A stretch of 64,000 nt of DNA, taken from NCBI GenBank assembly GCA_951406725.2, contig OX597825.1, forward strand, positions 71,858,001 to 71,922,000. The letters run 5' to 3'. Source of the stretch: Octopus vulgaris (lineage: Eukaryota). Below, piece after piece: positions 12,284 to 26,719 of the stretch. The translations under genes were made by a program, and so were the position numbers. Position 1 is the first letter of the stretch. Each line of letters begins with the position of its first letter. The notes beneath the pieces were generated by a model. It saw nothing but the letters and a program-made list of their open reading frames with translations. It made no database searches and was not told where the DNA came from.

Positions 12284-13720
12284 ACATTACCATAAACATA
12301 GATCTTTTTCTACTGCAAATTCAAAACAACTGTATTTCACAAATAAAATTTAACCTAGTTAATCTATTATTTTGTTTTAACAATATGAAAGAGAAAATCT
12401 ACATCCCATCTGTGCCTACGTTCTTCTCATATTCTTCATGCGATTGATGTTCTTTGTGCAAGGATATCGGCTTCTCAACATCAGGTCGAAAAATACTAAG
12501 AAGTAGTCTTAGGTCCCCACATTCACTAATTTTCATTGTGGTTTTACTTCGCTTAGAAAGAAGCTGGACAGCTGTATTGAAGCCCTGCTCCTCTGAATAT
12601 GGCATTGAGAAGACAACAACGTACATCTTAACTTTGTTTCTCAGTGCAGAGTAGAAGTCAGAAGTCTCCTTTAGCAATAAAAATTCCTAGTATGATCTTT
12701 AAATTTTACTTCAGCTGAGTATCATTTTAAAATGAAACAAGGTTTTCCCCCCGTTTTTCTTGTTTCCTTGTTACTGATATCAAGGAATCACCCAGACTGA
12801 TATTTTAAGCAAAACTGAACATCCTGCAGTCTGTTAGACATGTCTCTGTGCATCCAAGTGCGAACAATACAATTGTACGGCATTTCCTGGTATGCACTTT
12901 TCTTTCTCCAATTCAGAGAGACTCTGAAACTGCAACTTATATTTATTACTTTAACTTGGACAAAAACGCAGAGAGAGCTGATTTTACCTTGTTACGGTTT
13001 AACCTCATTTCCTTGTAGTTATAAATTAATTTCATTGAGCTTTGTGAGTCCTGTTTAATGTTTCTTAGTTTATCACAAAGAACACAAATAGATCCTTGCA
13101 AGAATTCAACAACATGTTTTAAAAAGGGAATAGAAACTTTCAAGCAGTTTCCCATCGTCTGCCATCGAACTTCTGACTTCAACAACGATCGTTCAAAATC
13201 TTTATCATTCTCAACGCAGAGCTGTTGAAGTAGTGGTGAATTGAAAGCATGTGCCTAGATTTTATTTACTTCTCTGATAATAGTGCTCAACGATTTGTGA
13301 CGTCTGCCACTTAGGCTATTTACAACGTAAACACTAGATATAAGAGTTTTAATAAATTGATAAAGCAACGATGACAACCTACTATTGATGATATGCCATC
13401 TACTGCTCAAAAAGGCGGCGAGCTGGCTGCAACGTTAGCACGCCGGGCGAAATGCTTAGCAGTATTTCGTCTGCCGCTACGTTCTGAGTTCAAATTCCGC
13501 CGAGGTCGACTTTGCCATTCATCCTTTCGGGGTCGATTAAATAAGTACCAGTTACGCACTGGGGTCGATATAATCGACTTAATCCGTTTGTCTGTCCTTG
13601 TTTGTCCCATCTGTCTTTAGCCCCTTGTGGGTAGTAAAGAAATAGGTATGCCATCTACTGCTCAAAAACGAAACACTGGCTACATTTCTTTTGTATCTGT
13701 TTCTAATTGTCTTACAAGTA
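12145..13720 (-). mobile_element. decayed hAT (Charlie/Buster-type) DNA transposon, 3' part with one terminal inverted repeat
   Basis: CAGTGGTTCTCAAACT terminus at 12145-12160. Minus-strand transposase fragments read LCVENDKDFERSLLKSEVRW..GNCL..VVEFL and PYSEEQGFNTAVQLLSK..GDLRLLLS..PDVEK..HQSH. Interrupted by the SINE at 13414. Confidence 0.8.
13414..13646 (+). mobile_element. SINE family A, young full-length copy with 22-bp target-site duplication
   Basis: tRNA-like A box (GCTGGCTGCAACG) and B box (GAGTTCAAATTCC). The TSD TATGCCATCTACTGCTCAAAAA is at 13392-13413 and 13647-13668. Confidence 0.95.
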
Positions 13721-14804
13721 ATAGCTTATGAACGAAACGTAAATCTTCGACGAAGAAAACATAAGAAACACACTTGGCAAGGTGACTCATCTAATCGTGA
13801 GCTAAATTTGGTTGTTCTGTATACGTTGCACAATATATACCATTTTAAAACACACGTAATACGCATTTTTAGAGAAAAAATTTCGTTCTTACACTTCCCC
13901 GCTCAAAAAAAAAAAACAGAGTCAATTCTGATTCATGAATGATAGCTTTTCCAAATTTTTTTCTGTAAAAATAAAATTACAAGTGTTTTAAAATGTGGAA
14001 TACGACATGGCGAAAACCACCAAAAAAAAGAACATTTTAAAAGTGTGGAAAAACGATGAAAAATTTCGAGAAATTTCGATTTAATCAAGACAATTATTCT
14101 GTAAATCCGACAAATATGTAATTTAATGCCTTCTTTTAAAAAAAAAAATCGTAATGATGAAGATTCTAAAAGATACATTTGAAAACATTGTCGAAAACAC
14201 CGAAAATTAGATAAATCAGGCTGCTTACATGATGAAACCAAACTGGAACTTCACTACGGTTACATTGTGTATTTCTTACAATGCTCCACTAATTCTAAAA
14301 AGAAAACAATTATATACTAATTTATATTTATAATAACTGTTATTTTAACCAGTATATGCATTTATTAGGTCAAGCTTATATTGAAAGCAAATATACGAAG
14401 GCAAATTCCAAAGTTTGTCTGATGTTGAAAATATACAAAATATATGTAACTTTTGTAAACCAGTTTTTACTTACAACAAAAGTCAAAATACCAATTTTGT
14501 AAGATGCGAAGAATCTCTTGCCTTTACCTTAAAAATACAAACTAAAGTTAAAGTTGTAAATGATATATATATATATGTATCTGTGTGTGTGTGTATGTGC
14601 GAGTGTGTGTGAGTATTTATGGATTTATGGTCTTAGCTGAACGCTTCTCCACTTGCTCCAGTCTGGTAACTTTGGCTGGTAGAATGGCCACTGGCTTCAT
14701 CACGAACGCCAAATAAACATTGTATACATATACACGTATGTGTGTGCATACAAATATTTGCGCCTATACATACATATACATATACGTATGAATGCATATA
14801 CATG

Positions 14805-14859
<55 letters not shown>

Positions 14860-14907
14860 TACATAAATGAATGTGTTTATGTATATATCAAAAGACACAT
14901 ACACACA

Positions 14908-14939
<32 letters not shown>

Positions 14940-15337
14940 AACATATAAAAGCGGCACTCTGTTCAGCTAGCTCCTGCGTAGGGCAAGTTGGACCTACGGC
15001 TAAAATCAAAAGACAACAATGATAATAAAACATTTATTGGTACCCTACCAATATAGTGTTACTTTAAATTCAGTTTAAATGAAAAACTTGTAAGTCCACA
15101 AATTTTTGGAGTTCTTTTGAAATTTGAATTTTCGACTGGTAGCAAATAACAAATCCTCATCCAGAGCTGATCCCAATGCTGGTTGTTCAAGAGCCAAATG
15201 AAGGACAGATTTTCAATCCCGGGATCATCCTGATTCCAGAATGGTATAGATATGTCTATGTAGAGCAAATGTAGACTAAGATTCAGAGGTCTCGGACGGG
15301 CGTTCAAATAGAATTTCGCGTTTATTATTTATATCTG

Positions 15338-15458
<121 letters not shown>

Positions 15459-15498
15459 ATGTATGTATGTATGTATGTATGTATGTATGTATGTATGT

Positions 15499-15626
<128 letters not shown>

Positions 15627-15631
15627 CATAT

Positions 15632-15947
15632 GTGGAGGCGCAATAGCCCAGTGGTTAGGGAAGCGGACTCGAGGTCGTAGGATCGCGGTTTCGATTCCCA
15701 GACCGGGCGTTGTGAGTGTTTATTGAGCGAAAACACCTAAAGTTCCACGGTGCTCCGGCAGGGGGGTGGGTGGCGATCCCTGCTGTACTCTTTCGCCACA
15801 ACTTTCTCTCACTCTTTCTTCTGTTGGCCTGCTCGCTTAGTCAGCGGGGTGGCGTCATTTGAAGGCTAAAACAATGCGAAGCGCATTGTGACCAGCGATG
15901 TGTAGCAACATCTGATAGCCTGGTCGGTCACTGTGATCACGGTGATA
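15632..15947 (+). mobile_element. SINE family C, tail type 1
   Basis: tRNA head (TAGCCCAGTGG, GTTTCGATTCC). Same body and tail as the 45860(-) copy. Confidence 0.9.
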
Positions 15948-16780
15948 TTTATATATACTCATACATATTTGCCATTGGAATCAAAGAAGATGGTCAGTGG
16001 TACCCATAACGGATCCCTAGAAAATACTCACTGGAGGCTGCCCTTTGACTTGACTCAACATGAAACCAAGATGAATCACATTCTTAACACACACACACAC
16101 ACACACTATTGTTGTTTACGCTACTCTTGTGAACGTTGTTGCTGTCAATGCTGCTTTTCTTTACTAATATATCTTTTTGGGGAATCCACTAGCAAATTCT
16201 ACACCACCTTCGTCAGTAAATTTTCGGGGATTTTTAAAATTAATCTTTGATCTTTGTCCTTGCTTCAAGAACAACATTTTACGGATCGATTTTTAAGCAC
16301 TATTTTTTTTAACTGGAGAAAAGTATGTGGACATTGATAACAAATGCTCCCTTTTGATCACCATTTTCTTCAACCCCAGTTTTCTTCAACGCCCTTTAAA
16401 CGTTCCACCTCCCCCAGAGGGCAGTACAGTAGTCCACTTTCGGAATCATTGAAACACATCTTGTCTGTTTGAATAGAGTCAACACACCTATGGCGTTTTG
16501 TAAATCTCCGTGTATTGCATATTCATTTGTTAAGTCGATTGTGTCAAATAATGATGTCCGATGAGATGAACGAACAAAAATAATTATAATTTTATCCAAT
16601 TTTATTGTATATTACTCATATTGTATTTGTTACATATCTGTATATGTGGTATAGAATAAAATATGTTCGTCTATGGAAACCTTTGTAACATCAATTTGAA
16701 TTTCTTTCCCTAATACTGATTATATATATAATTAAAATTACACAGAAACACACACACACAAACACACACTCAGACACACA

Positions 16781-16877
<97 letters not shown>

Positions 16878-17206
16878 GCTGCACTCTGTTGAGCTAGTTG
16901 GGCCTACGGCTGTTGAGCTAGATGGACCTACGCCTCAAGACCAAAGACAACAATAATAATAAAGAGAGATTGGTAGGACTGAAGGTGAGCTTGTCAGAAT
17001 TGGCTGTAACTTCCTTGTTTTTCCTCCCTTTTCTCTTATTTGCTAGGATAGTCCTGGAGGTATCTTCAAAGGCCGTTGCCCGGAGGATGGTGAAACTTTT
17101 GGCTACATGGTTAGCGGCAAGAACAGGCAACTGGTGAAAGACACTTGCCCAAGGTCCTATTTCTCTCTCTTTCACCCCCTCTATCTCTCTCTATCTCTCT
17201 TTCTCA

Positions 17207-17248
<42 letters not shown>

Positions 17249-17674
17249 TAAAGGCGAAAAGTAAAATGCTGGAGTCGATGAAATCAGCTTGATTTCTTCA
17301 CCACAAGAATTGCCGGTCTTGACTCTGCAACGGACCGGCATTGTGAGAAAAAAATTACACACCACACCACTACGGTACTGAGAAGTTTTTCTTCAGCTCA
17401 TATATGCATGTATGTATGTATGTATGTATGTATGTATGTATGTATGTATGTATGTATGTATGTATGTATGTATGTATGTATGTATGCATGTATGTATGTA
17501 TGTATGTATGTATGTATGTATGTATGAAACTATCTATCTATCTCTCACAAATGGCTTTGGTCCATTCGAAGCCATTGTGGAAGACACTTGCCCAAGGTGT
17601 TAGGCGGATAGGACTGAAACCAAAACCATGTCTTCGTCTTTTGTTTTTCTATAAATTTCAATTATATATATATA

Positions 17675-17715
<41 letters not shown>

Positions 17716-17885
17716 ATGTGTATATGTACCCGCACATACTTTACAAACGTGCATATTTATATATGATGAGCTCCACTACCTCAAATGTTCTTAAAATTTA
17801 AATCCACATCTTTGTCTATATATCTACCTTCTCTATAATATTGCCACTTGATATGAAAATTTTTGTATTAATGGAAAACCTCTAT

Positions 17886-17976
17886 AATTGGCTGATGAGT
17901 ACTCAGCATTTTAAAACTGTTGTAATACTTACAACATTTAATAAAATGATGTAGTACGAAACGGTCGTAGCAAATT
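17886..17976 (+). ncRNA. type I hammerhead ribozyme-like motif with extended stem II
   Basis: CTGATGA (17892-17898), GTACT/AGTAC stem extended by CATTTTA/TAAAATG and TGTTGTAA/TTACAACA, GAAA (17958-17961), then C-GGTC-GTA. Stem I is imperfect. Confidence 0.6.
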
Positions 17977-18004
17977 ACCAAAGTTATTCTTGTTGCTTAT
18001 TTTG

Positions 18005-18049
<45 letters not shown>

Positions 18050-18929
18050 GTATATTGTTTATTAGTAATTAAACTTCAAATTCACTGGTGACCTCTCTGT
18101 CAAATTACTGAGTAATCTTTCAGTTAATTATGAAATTGCTTTTTTATGTAACTTGGCGCAAAAATAATCATTAATACGAGTGTGCGCGCGCGTAGGTGTG
18201 TAAGTGTGTGTGTATGCGCATGTGTTTTTGTGTCTGTGCGCGTGCGTAAGTGTGTGCATGCGTACGTGTGTGTGTATGAGTGTGTGTGAGAATGTGTGTG
18301 TTCATTTTATATTTATACACGCACCATATCACCATATATAAATATACATGCATGCACGCATACACACATACACACACACACACATATTCGAGCGGACGTG
18401 ACATCATGATATGGACGAATAATGTTTGTTAACAAAATTTATACAAAAAATGTAGTTAAAAATAGGAATTAATTAAAAATATATCTAAAAAATGTAGCTA
18501 TACATCGAATAGAAACTTTTTCAAAAATATATGAAAAATACACTTTTCTCGGAAAATGTTTGCACAAATGTTTGTCACCTGATAAATCATCCCCGAGTTC
18601 ATGACAGGTACTTATTTGTATTATCTATGAAGCACTTAATAACCCATATATGCCCATTAAAAAAAATGAAGTCTTAAAATTTCACTGTATTTAAATTAAA
18701 TGTTATGGTAAGCTTTCACAATCTGGAAGAGGACAGAATGTAAATGTTAGCTACGGGTGTCGACAATCTACCGAACATTTCGTATGCTCAGATGCATCCC
18801 GGTGAGTTCATGTCCAAACAAGTAGGAGCAGGTTTTGCGTTGCGAAAACGCAACCAAGGGTTGGGTTGGCGCTGAGTTGGCAGAATTGTTAGAGCGTCGG
18901 GAAAATTGAGTTGCGTAAATTCTTTTGAC

Positions 18930-19365
18930 GGATCTTTTCGGTTTGAACGGCAGTTTTTCTAGCTGTGTCATATGAAATTATCACCCATAATTATGACCCT
19001 AGTATCGATCTATTGCATTTCAATCTGTTTTAGGGTTAGGGTTAGTAAGGGTTAGGGTTAGGGGTGGGGGAAAGGGTATCTTTTTTCTTCTTCACAAATG
19101 TAAATAAACCCAATCTGTTTCTTAAGCGAGGGACATATTCATACGGCACAGAATGTTTTCAACTCAATAGACGTCATTGATTGGCTGAAATTGCAGAAAT
19201 TAAAGAAAAAAACAACAACAAATATCTTACAAACTATATAATTTTCTCAATAGAGACAAGAGAAAAAGATGTTTTATAAACACATTCTACCAGTATACGA
19301 AGTTTAAAAGTGTTTAGTTACGTGGAAATTATTTTAAAAAACTGCCGTTCAAACCGAAAAGATCC
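18930..19365. mobile_element. MITE, 436 bp, 29-bp perfect TIRs, nested in an old family A SINE (about 18868-19510)
   Basis: GGATCTTTTCGGTTTGAACGGCAGTTTTT at 18930-18958 and its inverse at 19337-19365. The flanks CTTTTGAC/TTTTTGAC fit an 8-bp TSD with 1 mismatch. Confidence 0.92.
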
Positions 19366-20082
19366 TTTTTGACTTATAGCGTTCTGAGTTCAAGTTCAAC
19401 CGATGTCGACTTCCACTTTTATTCTTTCTGGATTGATAGAATAAGTACTATGCAATATGCTATCACCACCTCCTCTAAAACTACTGGTCTTGTGCCAAAA
19501 TTTGAAGCCAATATCTCTTGAGACTCTTCTGGAACTAAGAAAAAGAAAAATCAAAATCATACAACAGAAACCAGCTTCGGCGTGGTTTGAACTGAGAAGG
19601 TGGAAATAAAAACGTTAACTAATCGCTGTGAGACATGACTCACAGCAATTCGTTAACGCCTTACTCTCCCTCTGATCCTACGGGCTTAAAGCAAATCACA
19701 TGACAAAAGTTGAAAACATAAGAATGACAAAAAAATAAGGAAAGAAAAACCCTTCAATGCCCTAAATGCTTCTCATATCTCTAAGGATTCATACTCAATT
19801 AACTTAATAATTCCAGCGTTTAAAACTCTTCTCAAGAATCACCGCTGCCGCCACCACCACCGCCACTGCCTCTGCACCCTTTACTACTACCACTGGTTAA
19901 TAGGACGACGACGGGTGTTTTAATTTTTTTGGAGTTCTTTTTTTTTTTTTGGGGGAATCAAACAGGAATTTTTCGTCAGCTTTGAACCATCGTTAGCTGA
20001 CTAATTCCGTCATTGATTAATTGTTAATTAACATTATATGATGATTCTCTGAATCTCAAACTTTCGCAACTGTTTTGAATAG

Positions 20083-20151
<69 letters not shown>

Positions 20152-20250
20152 TGGGGCGGGGTGGGGCGAAGAAAAGAAAAAGTGAGTGAAAATTTGAGCG
20201 AACTAGAGTGACGGAGATATTGAATGAGACAAGAGGTAGAGAGGAAGAAG

Positions 20251-20312
<62 letters not shown>

Positions 20313-20431
20313 ATCATATATATATATGTATATTATATATATATATATATATATATACATATATATACACACACATATATACACATACATATATATATAT
20401 ATATAAAAATATATTGTATATTTATGTATGT

Positions 20432-20471
<40 letters not shown>

Positions 20472-21105
20472 TTATAAATATACATGCTTATTAATTCTTG
20501 CTTTCGTGTCAGAATATAATCCTTTCTACTCTAGGCACAAAGACTTGGAAATTTATAGGAAGGGTTTAATCGATTACATTGACCTCAGTGATTGACTGGT
20601 ACTTATTTCATCAGTCTTCGAAAGGGATGAAGGGTAAAGCCAACTGCGACGAAATTTGAATTCAGAACGTGAAGACGGACGAAAAACTTCTAAACATTTT
20701 GTCCGGTGTACTAAAGATTCTGCCAGCACGCCGCCCTATGTCAAGTTATAATAAAAGCATTTCAACATTAGACTGAACATTTACTCAGTACATATGCAGA
20801 GTATATGTTTTACAAGAAGAAGGATGAAAGTGACTTTGACGTTTTGGGCAATTAGCCTTCGTCAGACAGTACTAGCAAGCCGAAATTTAGAAGTTATTAT
20901 CGCCTCTCTTCCCGTTAAAGCTTAATGTATGCGTGTGTATATATATATATGTATATAAATTCAAAAGACAAAATAAGTACGTAACGGACGACAATAAAAA
21001 CATACGGACAAGATAGACGATACAAAGACGGACAGGAAAGACTACATTGGATCATAAGTGGACTTCAGTTCATCAGTCAAGTTTACAATTTCATAACAAT
21101 TTGTT

Positions 21106-22078
21106 GGCCAGCAAGCTAGCAGAATCGTTAACACGCCGAGCTAAATGCTTAGCGGTATTTCGTCTGCTGCTACGTTCTGGGTTCAAATTCTGCCGAGGTC
21201 AACATTGCCTTTCATCCTTTCGGGGTCGATTAAATAAGTACTAGTTACGCACTAGGGTCGATATAATCGATTAAATCCGTTTGTCTGTCCTTGTTTGTTC
21301 CCTCTGTGTGTAGCCCCTTGTGGGTAGTAAAGAAATAGGTATTTCTAATGCTGCTACGTTCTGAGTTCAAATTCTGCCGAGGTCAACTTTGCCTTTCATC
21401 CTTTCGGGGTCGATTAAATAAGTACTAGTTACGCACTGGGGTCGATATAATCGACTTAAATCCCTTTGTCTGTCCTTGTTTGTCCCCTCTGTGTGTAGCC
21501 CCTTGTGGGTAGTAAAGAAATAGGTATTTCTAATGCTGCTACGTTCTGAGTTCAAATTCTGCCGAGGTCAACTTTGCCTTTCATCCTTTCGGGGTCGATT
21601 AAATAAGTACTAGTTACGCACTGGGGTCGATATAATCGACTTAAATCCCTTTGTCTGTCCTTGTTTGTCCCCTCTGTGTGTAGCCCCTTGTGGGTAGTAA
21701 AGAAATAGGTATTTCTAATGCTGCTACGTTCTGAGTTCAAATTCTGCCGAGGTCAACTTTGCCTTTCATCCTTTCGGGGTCGATTAAATAAGTACTAGTT
21801 ACGCACTGGGGTCGATATAATCGACTTAAATCCCTTTGTCTGTCCTTGTTTGTCCCCTCTGTGTGTAGCCCCTTGTGGGCTGTAAAGAAATAAGGCTCAT
21901 TAGCACGCCGGGCGAAATGCTTAGCTGTATTTCATCTGTCTTTATGTTCTGAGTTCAAATTCCGCCGAGGTTGACTTTGCCTTTCATCCGTTCTGGGTCG
22001 ATAAATTAAGTACTAGTTGTGTACTGGTGTCGATCCCCCAAAATTTCGGGCCTTGTGCCTAGAGTAGAAAAGAATATT
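21106..22078 (+). repeat. head-to-tail array of family A SINE units (185-bp period)
   Basis: The junction GGTATTTC recurs at 21154, 21338, 21523 and 21708. A fifth copy with a different tail lies at about 21899-22078. Confidence 0.92.
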
Positions 22079-22392
22079 CTCTGTTCCTCTGAATTTGTTT
22101 TCCAAACTAGTCATTACGGTGTTGCGCTCACAGTTGATTCCTACCTTGAGCAAAGCACTTTATTTCACGTTGCATCAGCCCACTCGGCTGTAAAAGTCTC
22201 GCATTAACCGCAAAGCAATCCCAGTTCTTTATCCACAAAATATTGTTCCCCTGGAATCTCCTCTCTATTCATGTATTGGTGTCGACTTGGAGCATTACCT
22301 GTATTACAATCACTAGTCTCGGAAGATCGAAACCGGCCACGAGACTTGTCCATCCTCCCAGTAAAATAGAAAAAAAACAATAAAAAAGTATA

Positions 22393-22625
22393 CCTATTTC
22401 TTTACTACCCACAAGGGGCAAAACAGAGAGAGCACAAACAAGGACAGACAAACGGGTTAAGTCGATTACATCGACCCCAGTCCGTAACTGGTACTTAATT
22501 TATCGACCCCGAAAGGATGAAAGGCAAAGTCGACCTGGGCGGAATTTGAACTCAAAACGTAACGGCAGACGAAATACGGCTATGCATTTCGCCCGGCTTG
22601 CTATCGTTTCTGCCAGCTCGCCGCC
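22393..22625 (-). mobile_element. SINE family A, young full-length copy
   Basis: High identity to the 13414 copy; flanked on both sides by ATAAAAAA(AA)GTATA. Confidence 0.92.
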
Positions 22626-23060
22626 TGATAAAAAAAAGTATACCTGTCACCTTGACTAAACGGTTAAAAAGCACGCTTTGCAACCACGTGGTTTCCAGTT
22701 CGGTCCCATTGCCCCTTTCTACATAAGTCCTGGGGCGACCAATACCTTGTGAGAGTGAATTTCGTTGAGGGAAATTGTGTGTTGAGGGAAATTGTGTGTT
22801 GAAAACAGGCTTTGGTGTGTTTACGTCCCAGTAACATTGCAGTTCGGCAAAAAACAAACAAACAACCCCACCCGCCAAAATCAATAAAATAAAACTGATT
22901 GAATAAGTACCAGGCTTAAGAAAAATAAATATTAGGGCCGATTCCTTCGACTAAAATTCTTCAAGGTCGTGCCCCAGTATGGCCGCAAACGAACGACTGA
23001 AACAAAAGGTAAACAATAAAACCTGAAAGGTACTAAAAGAGAGAAGAAAGTAAGATAGTG

Positions 23061-23128
<68 letters not shown>

Positions 23129-23219
23129 CATATATATATATATATATATATGGTCATTCAAATTGTGACATCGTGTGTACCGTTGGCGATTTTTTTTCCT
23201 CTGTCTTCCCTTCTCCTAT

Positions 23220-23254
23220 GTTTCCGACGAAGAGCTCCGCTCGAAACGTTAAAC
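23220..23254 (+). ncRNA. minimal hammerhead-like motif (variant core), Penelope-like
   Basis: GTTT-CCGACGA-A-GAGC-tcc-GCTC-GAAA-CG-TTA-AAC. The core has C in place of U4. Confidence 0.5.
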
Positions 23255-23414
23255 CCTCCTTCTTCCCTTCCTTCCTGAGCGTCCAATAATATTATATTTG
23301 TTCCACGTCCTCGCGTTGTTGTGTTTTCTCTTTGTGTTTTCATGTTTGGATTAACTATATATATACACATACATACATACATACATATGTGTATATTTAT
23401 ATATACATACATAC

Positions 23415-23470
<56 letters not shown>

Positions 23471-23810
23471 ATATATGTGTATATATATGTATATATATAT
23501 ATATAGGGCTTAAAATATTTACGGTAAGGTGCAGCACATTTGTAGTTAATATACATACAAAGAACATACGAAATGCATGCAAACACATACACGCACTCCC
23601 TCTGTCTCTCTTACGCACACGCGCGCATATATTTATACAGAATGCATGGGCGTATTCTTGTGTTGAATTTGCTAAATATTTCCAGGGATGTGAAATGCAT
23701 TAAATCCAGTGTTATCAAATCTACAGCCTTAGAATAGCATAATGCAAATTATTCGCTACGTGAAAAAGTGAAGACATGTATGTGTTTACACACACACACA
23801 CACGCACACG

Positions 23811-23890
<80 letters not shown>

Positions 23891-24253
23891 TACACAAACA
23901 CATATATATCGAAATGTGGAGTAGATGAAACAAAGGCGACTGAAGAAGGGGAATTTTCCTTGTGTTATTTGTCCTGTACTCTATATTTTCGTTGTTTAAG
24001 AAAAATGTCCAGTTCCTTGGTTGTGTGTTTATGTTTTCGTTTCTCATTGTGTTCGACATTTTTTTTTTGGTGTCCTGTACCCATATATGCATGTATATAT
24101 ACATGTAGAGGTAGGTACGTACATATATGTATGTATATATGCATATGTTTTATATATTTATTAATTTATTATATGACGGAACGCACGCATCCATTTCTAA
24201 GTAAGATTGTTCTACATATATATACATATATATATAACTACACACACACATAT

Positions 24254-24368
<115 letters not shown>

Positions 24369-25706
24369 TATGTATATATATATATCACAAAAAGTAGGAA
24401 TAGAAGACATGAGCGGGTTTTAACAAATGTGTGCATAATATACATACATGTATATACATACATACGTAGTGTATATATACATACAGACATACATATATGT
24501 ATGTATATATATATATATATCTATATATATATACAGATTAAATTATATATATTTATATAATATACACATATGTATGCATGCATGCATGTATGTATGTATG
24601 TATGTATGTATGTATGTATGTATGTATGTATGTATGTATGTATGTATGTATGTATGTATGTATGTATACATATAGGTATGCATGTGCGTGGTGTGTGTGT
24701 GCCTAAATATAGCCTCAGCATCATGCAAGCGCGTATATGCATGACTTGCTTCTAGAAAACCCTCGATTCTCTGGGGTCAAGTGGGAGGCGGCTTGCAAAC
24801 CGGGGTTACACAAAGAAACTATTAGATGGGCGTAGGAGGGCGGGGAGACGGGTGTGCGGCGCTGAGTTTAGTGTAAGCGTTTTAATTTATCCCGTCCTCC
24901 CTAATGTAACACCCTGCTCCCTCTGGCCTTCCCTCCCACTTTCCCTATCTCTCTTTAGGTCCCCCATCTCTCCCCTCACTCTCTCGGTTTGTTACTACGG
25001 GCAACTGTTAAGTGGGTAGGGCACCACCCTCATCTACCCAAGTGGATATGAAATACCACCTCCTGGAAAGATTAAGCTTTGATTTTTCGGTAATTTTATT
25101 TAATTTTTTTGTTTTAGATTTTGTTTTCTACTTCTCCTGCACGCCTTTTCTACCACCACCACCACCACCACCACTACCACCACCAAAACCACCAGCAACA
25201 TCAGCCTCATCATCATCACTACCACAGCCGCCGCCACTCTCTTCTTTTGTTTCTTTTCTCGGGTGAAATTGTTTCCACACACCCACACGGCTTTGATATC
25301 CTCTGCACTGCCGTTGTTGTTCTTCTTTGATGCTGATGTGTTGTTGTTGTACTTGCCACCGCTACAATTGCTGCCACTGCTACTGCGGCTCCCGTTGTTG
25401 CTGTCGTTGCTGTTGTTGTTGTTGTTGTTGGATGTGGTGGTGGTGGTGGTGGTGGTGTCGATGATGTTATTACTCCTGCTGTTACTCGTCATAGCTGCTG
25501 CTGATGTTACTGTTTTTGTTGTTTTTGATAAGGGTGTTCTCCATAGTATATAACTGTTACTTCTATGTTGTTGTTGCTGTTGTTATTGTTACTACTGAAA
25601 CTGCAGTATGTTGTTGTTGTTGTTGTTGTTGTGCATGCTTTCGCCACAACAATTATGTAAATTAACTAAATGTGGTGTATAATCGTGTCTTTATTATTGA
25701 AGTTAT

Positions 25707-25761
<55 letters not shown>

Positions 25762-25922
25762 ACATACAGACGCACACACACACATACATCATGCATGTAT
25801 ATATATGTGTCTACGTACATATATATGTACATATATTCAAATATATATAAATATATATACATATGCACACATTTATGTGTATATGTATGTATCAATATAG
25901 AGAGCGAGAGGGAGAGAGTGAT

Positions 25923-25983
<61 letters not shown>

Positions 25984-26049
25984 TACATACATACAAACAT
26001 ATATATCTATATCTATTGATCTATCTATCTATATATATGTGTGTATATA

Positions 26050-26140
<91 letters not shown>

Positions 26141-26195
26141 TTTATTTAAAGCAGCAGAAAATTCAACAAAACCTGTTACTCTGAGTTTCGGTTGC

Positions 26196-26248
<53 letters not shown>

Positions 26249-26312
26249 TACATACATACAAACATATATATCTATATCTATTTATCTATCTATATATATA
26301 TATGTGTGTGTA

Positions 26313-26477
<165 letters not shown>

Positions 26478-26719
26478 TCGTATATATCATCTGCAGTTAC
26501 AGAGTGATTCAAGGACCGTGTGTCTTGTGCATTGGTACCTATCAAAATTTGATAATTGCCAGTGTGCGAAAGTTTCGGATCTTGAGTTACTCTGTAATTT
26601 CTGCTGATTATTAAAAAAAATATTTATACACACTCGTGATTTTTACTCTATTTCCTGTTTGCATTATCAGACCCCCTCCACACACATATATACATTTATG
26701 TGTATATTTTTATACATAT

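Noticed and set aside
15632-15710. tRNA gene
   Set aside because: A and B boxes are present, but the sequence continues into a shared SINE body in multiple copies, so it is a SINE head.
19030-19070. Telomere or chromosome-fusion scar
   Set aside because: Only about five degenerate units, enclosed by MITE TIRs.
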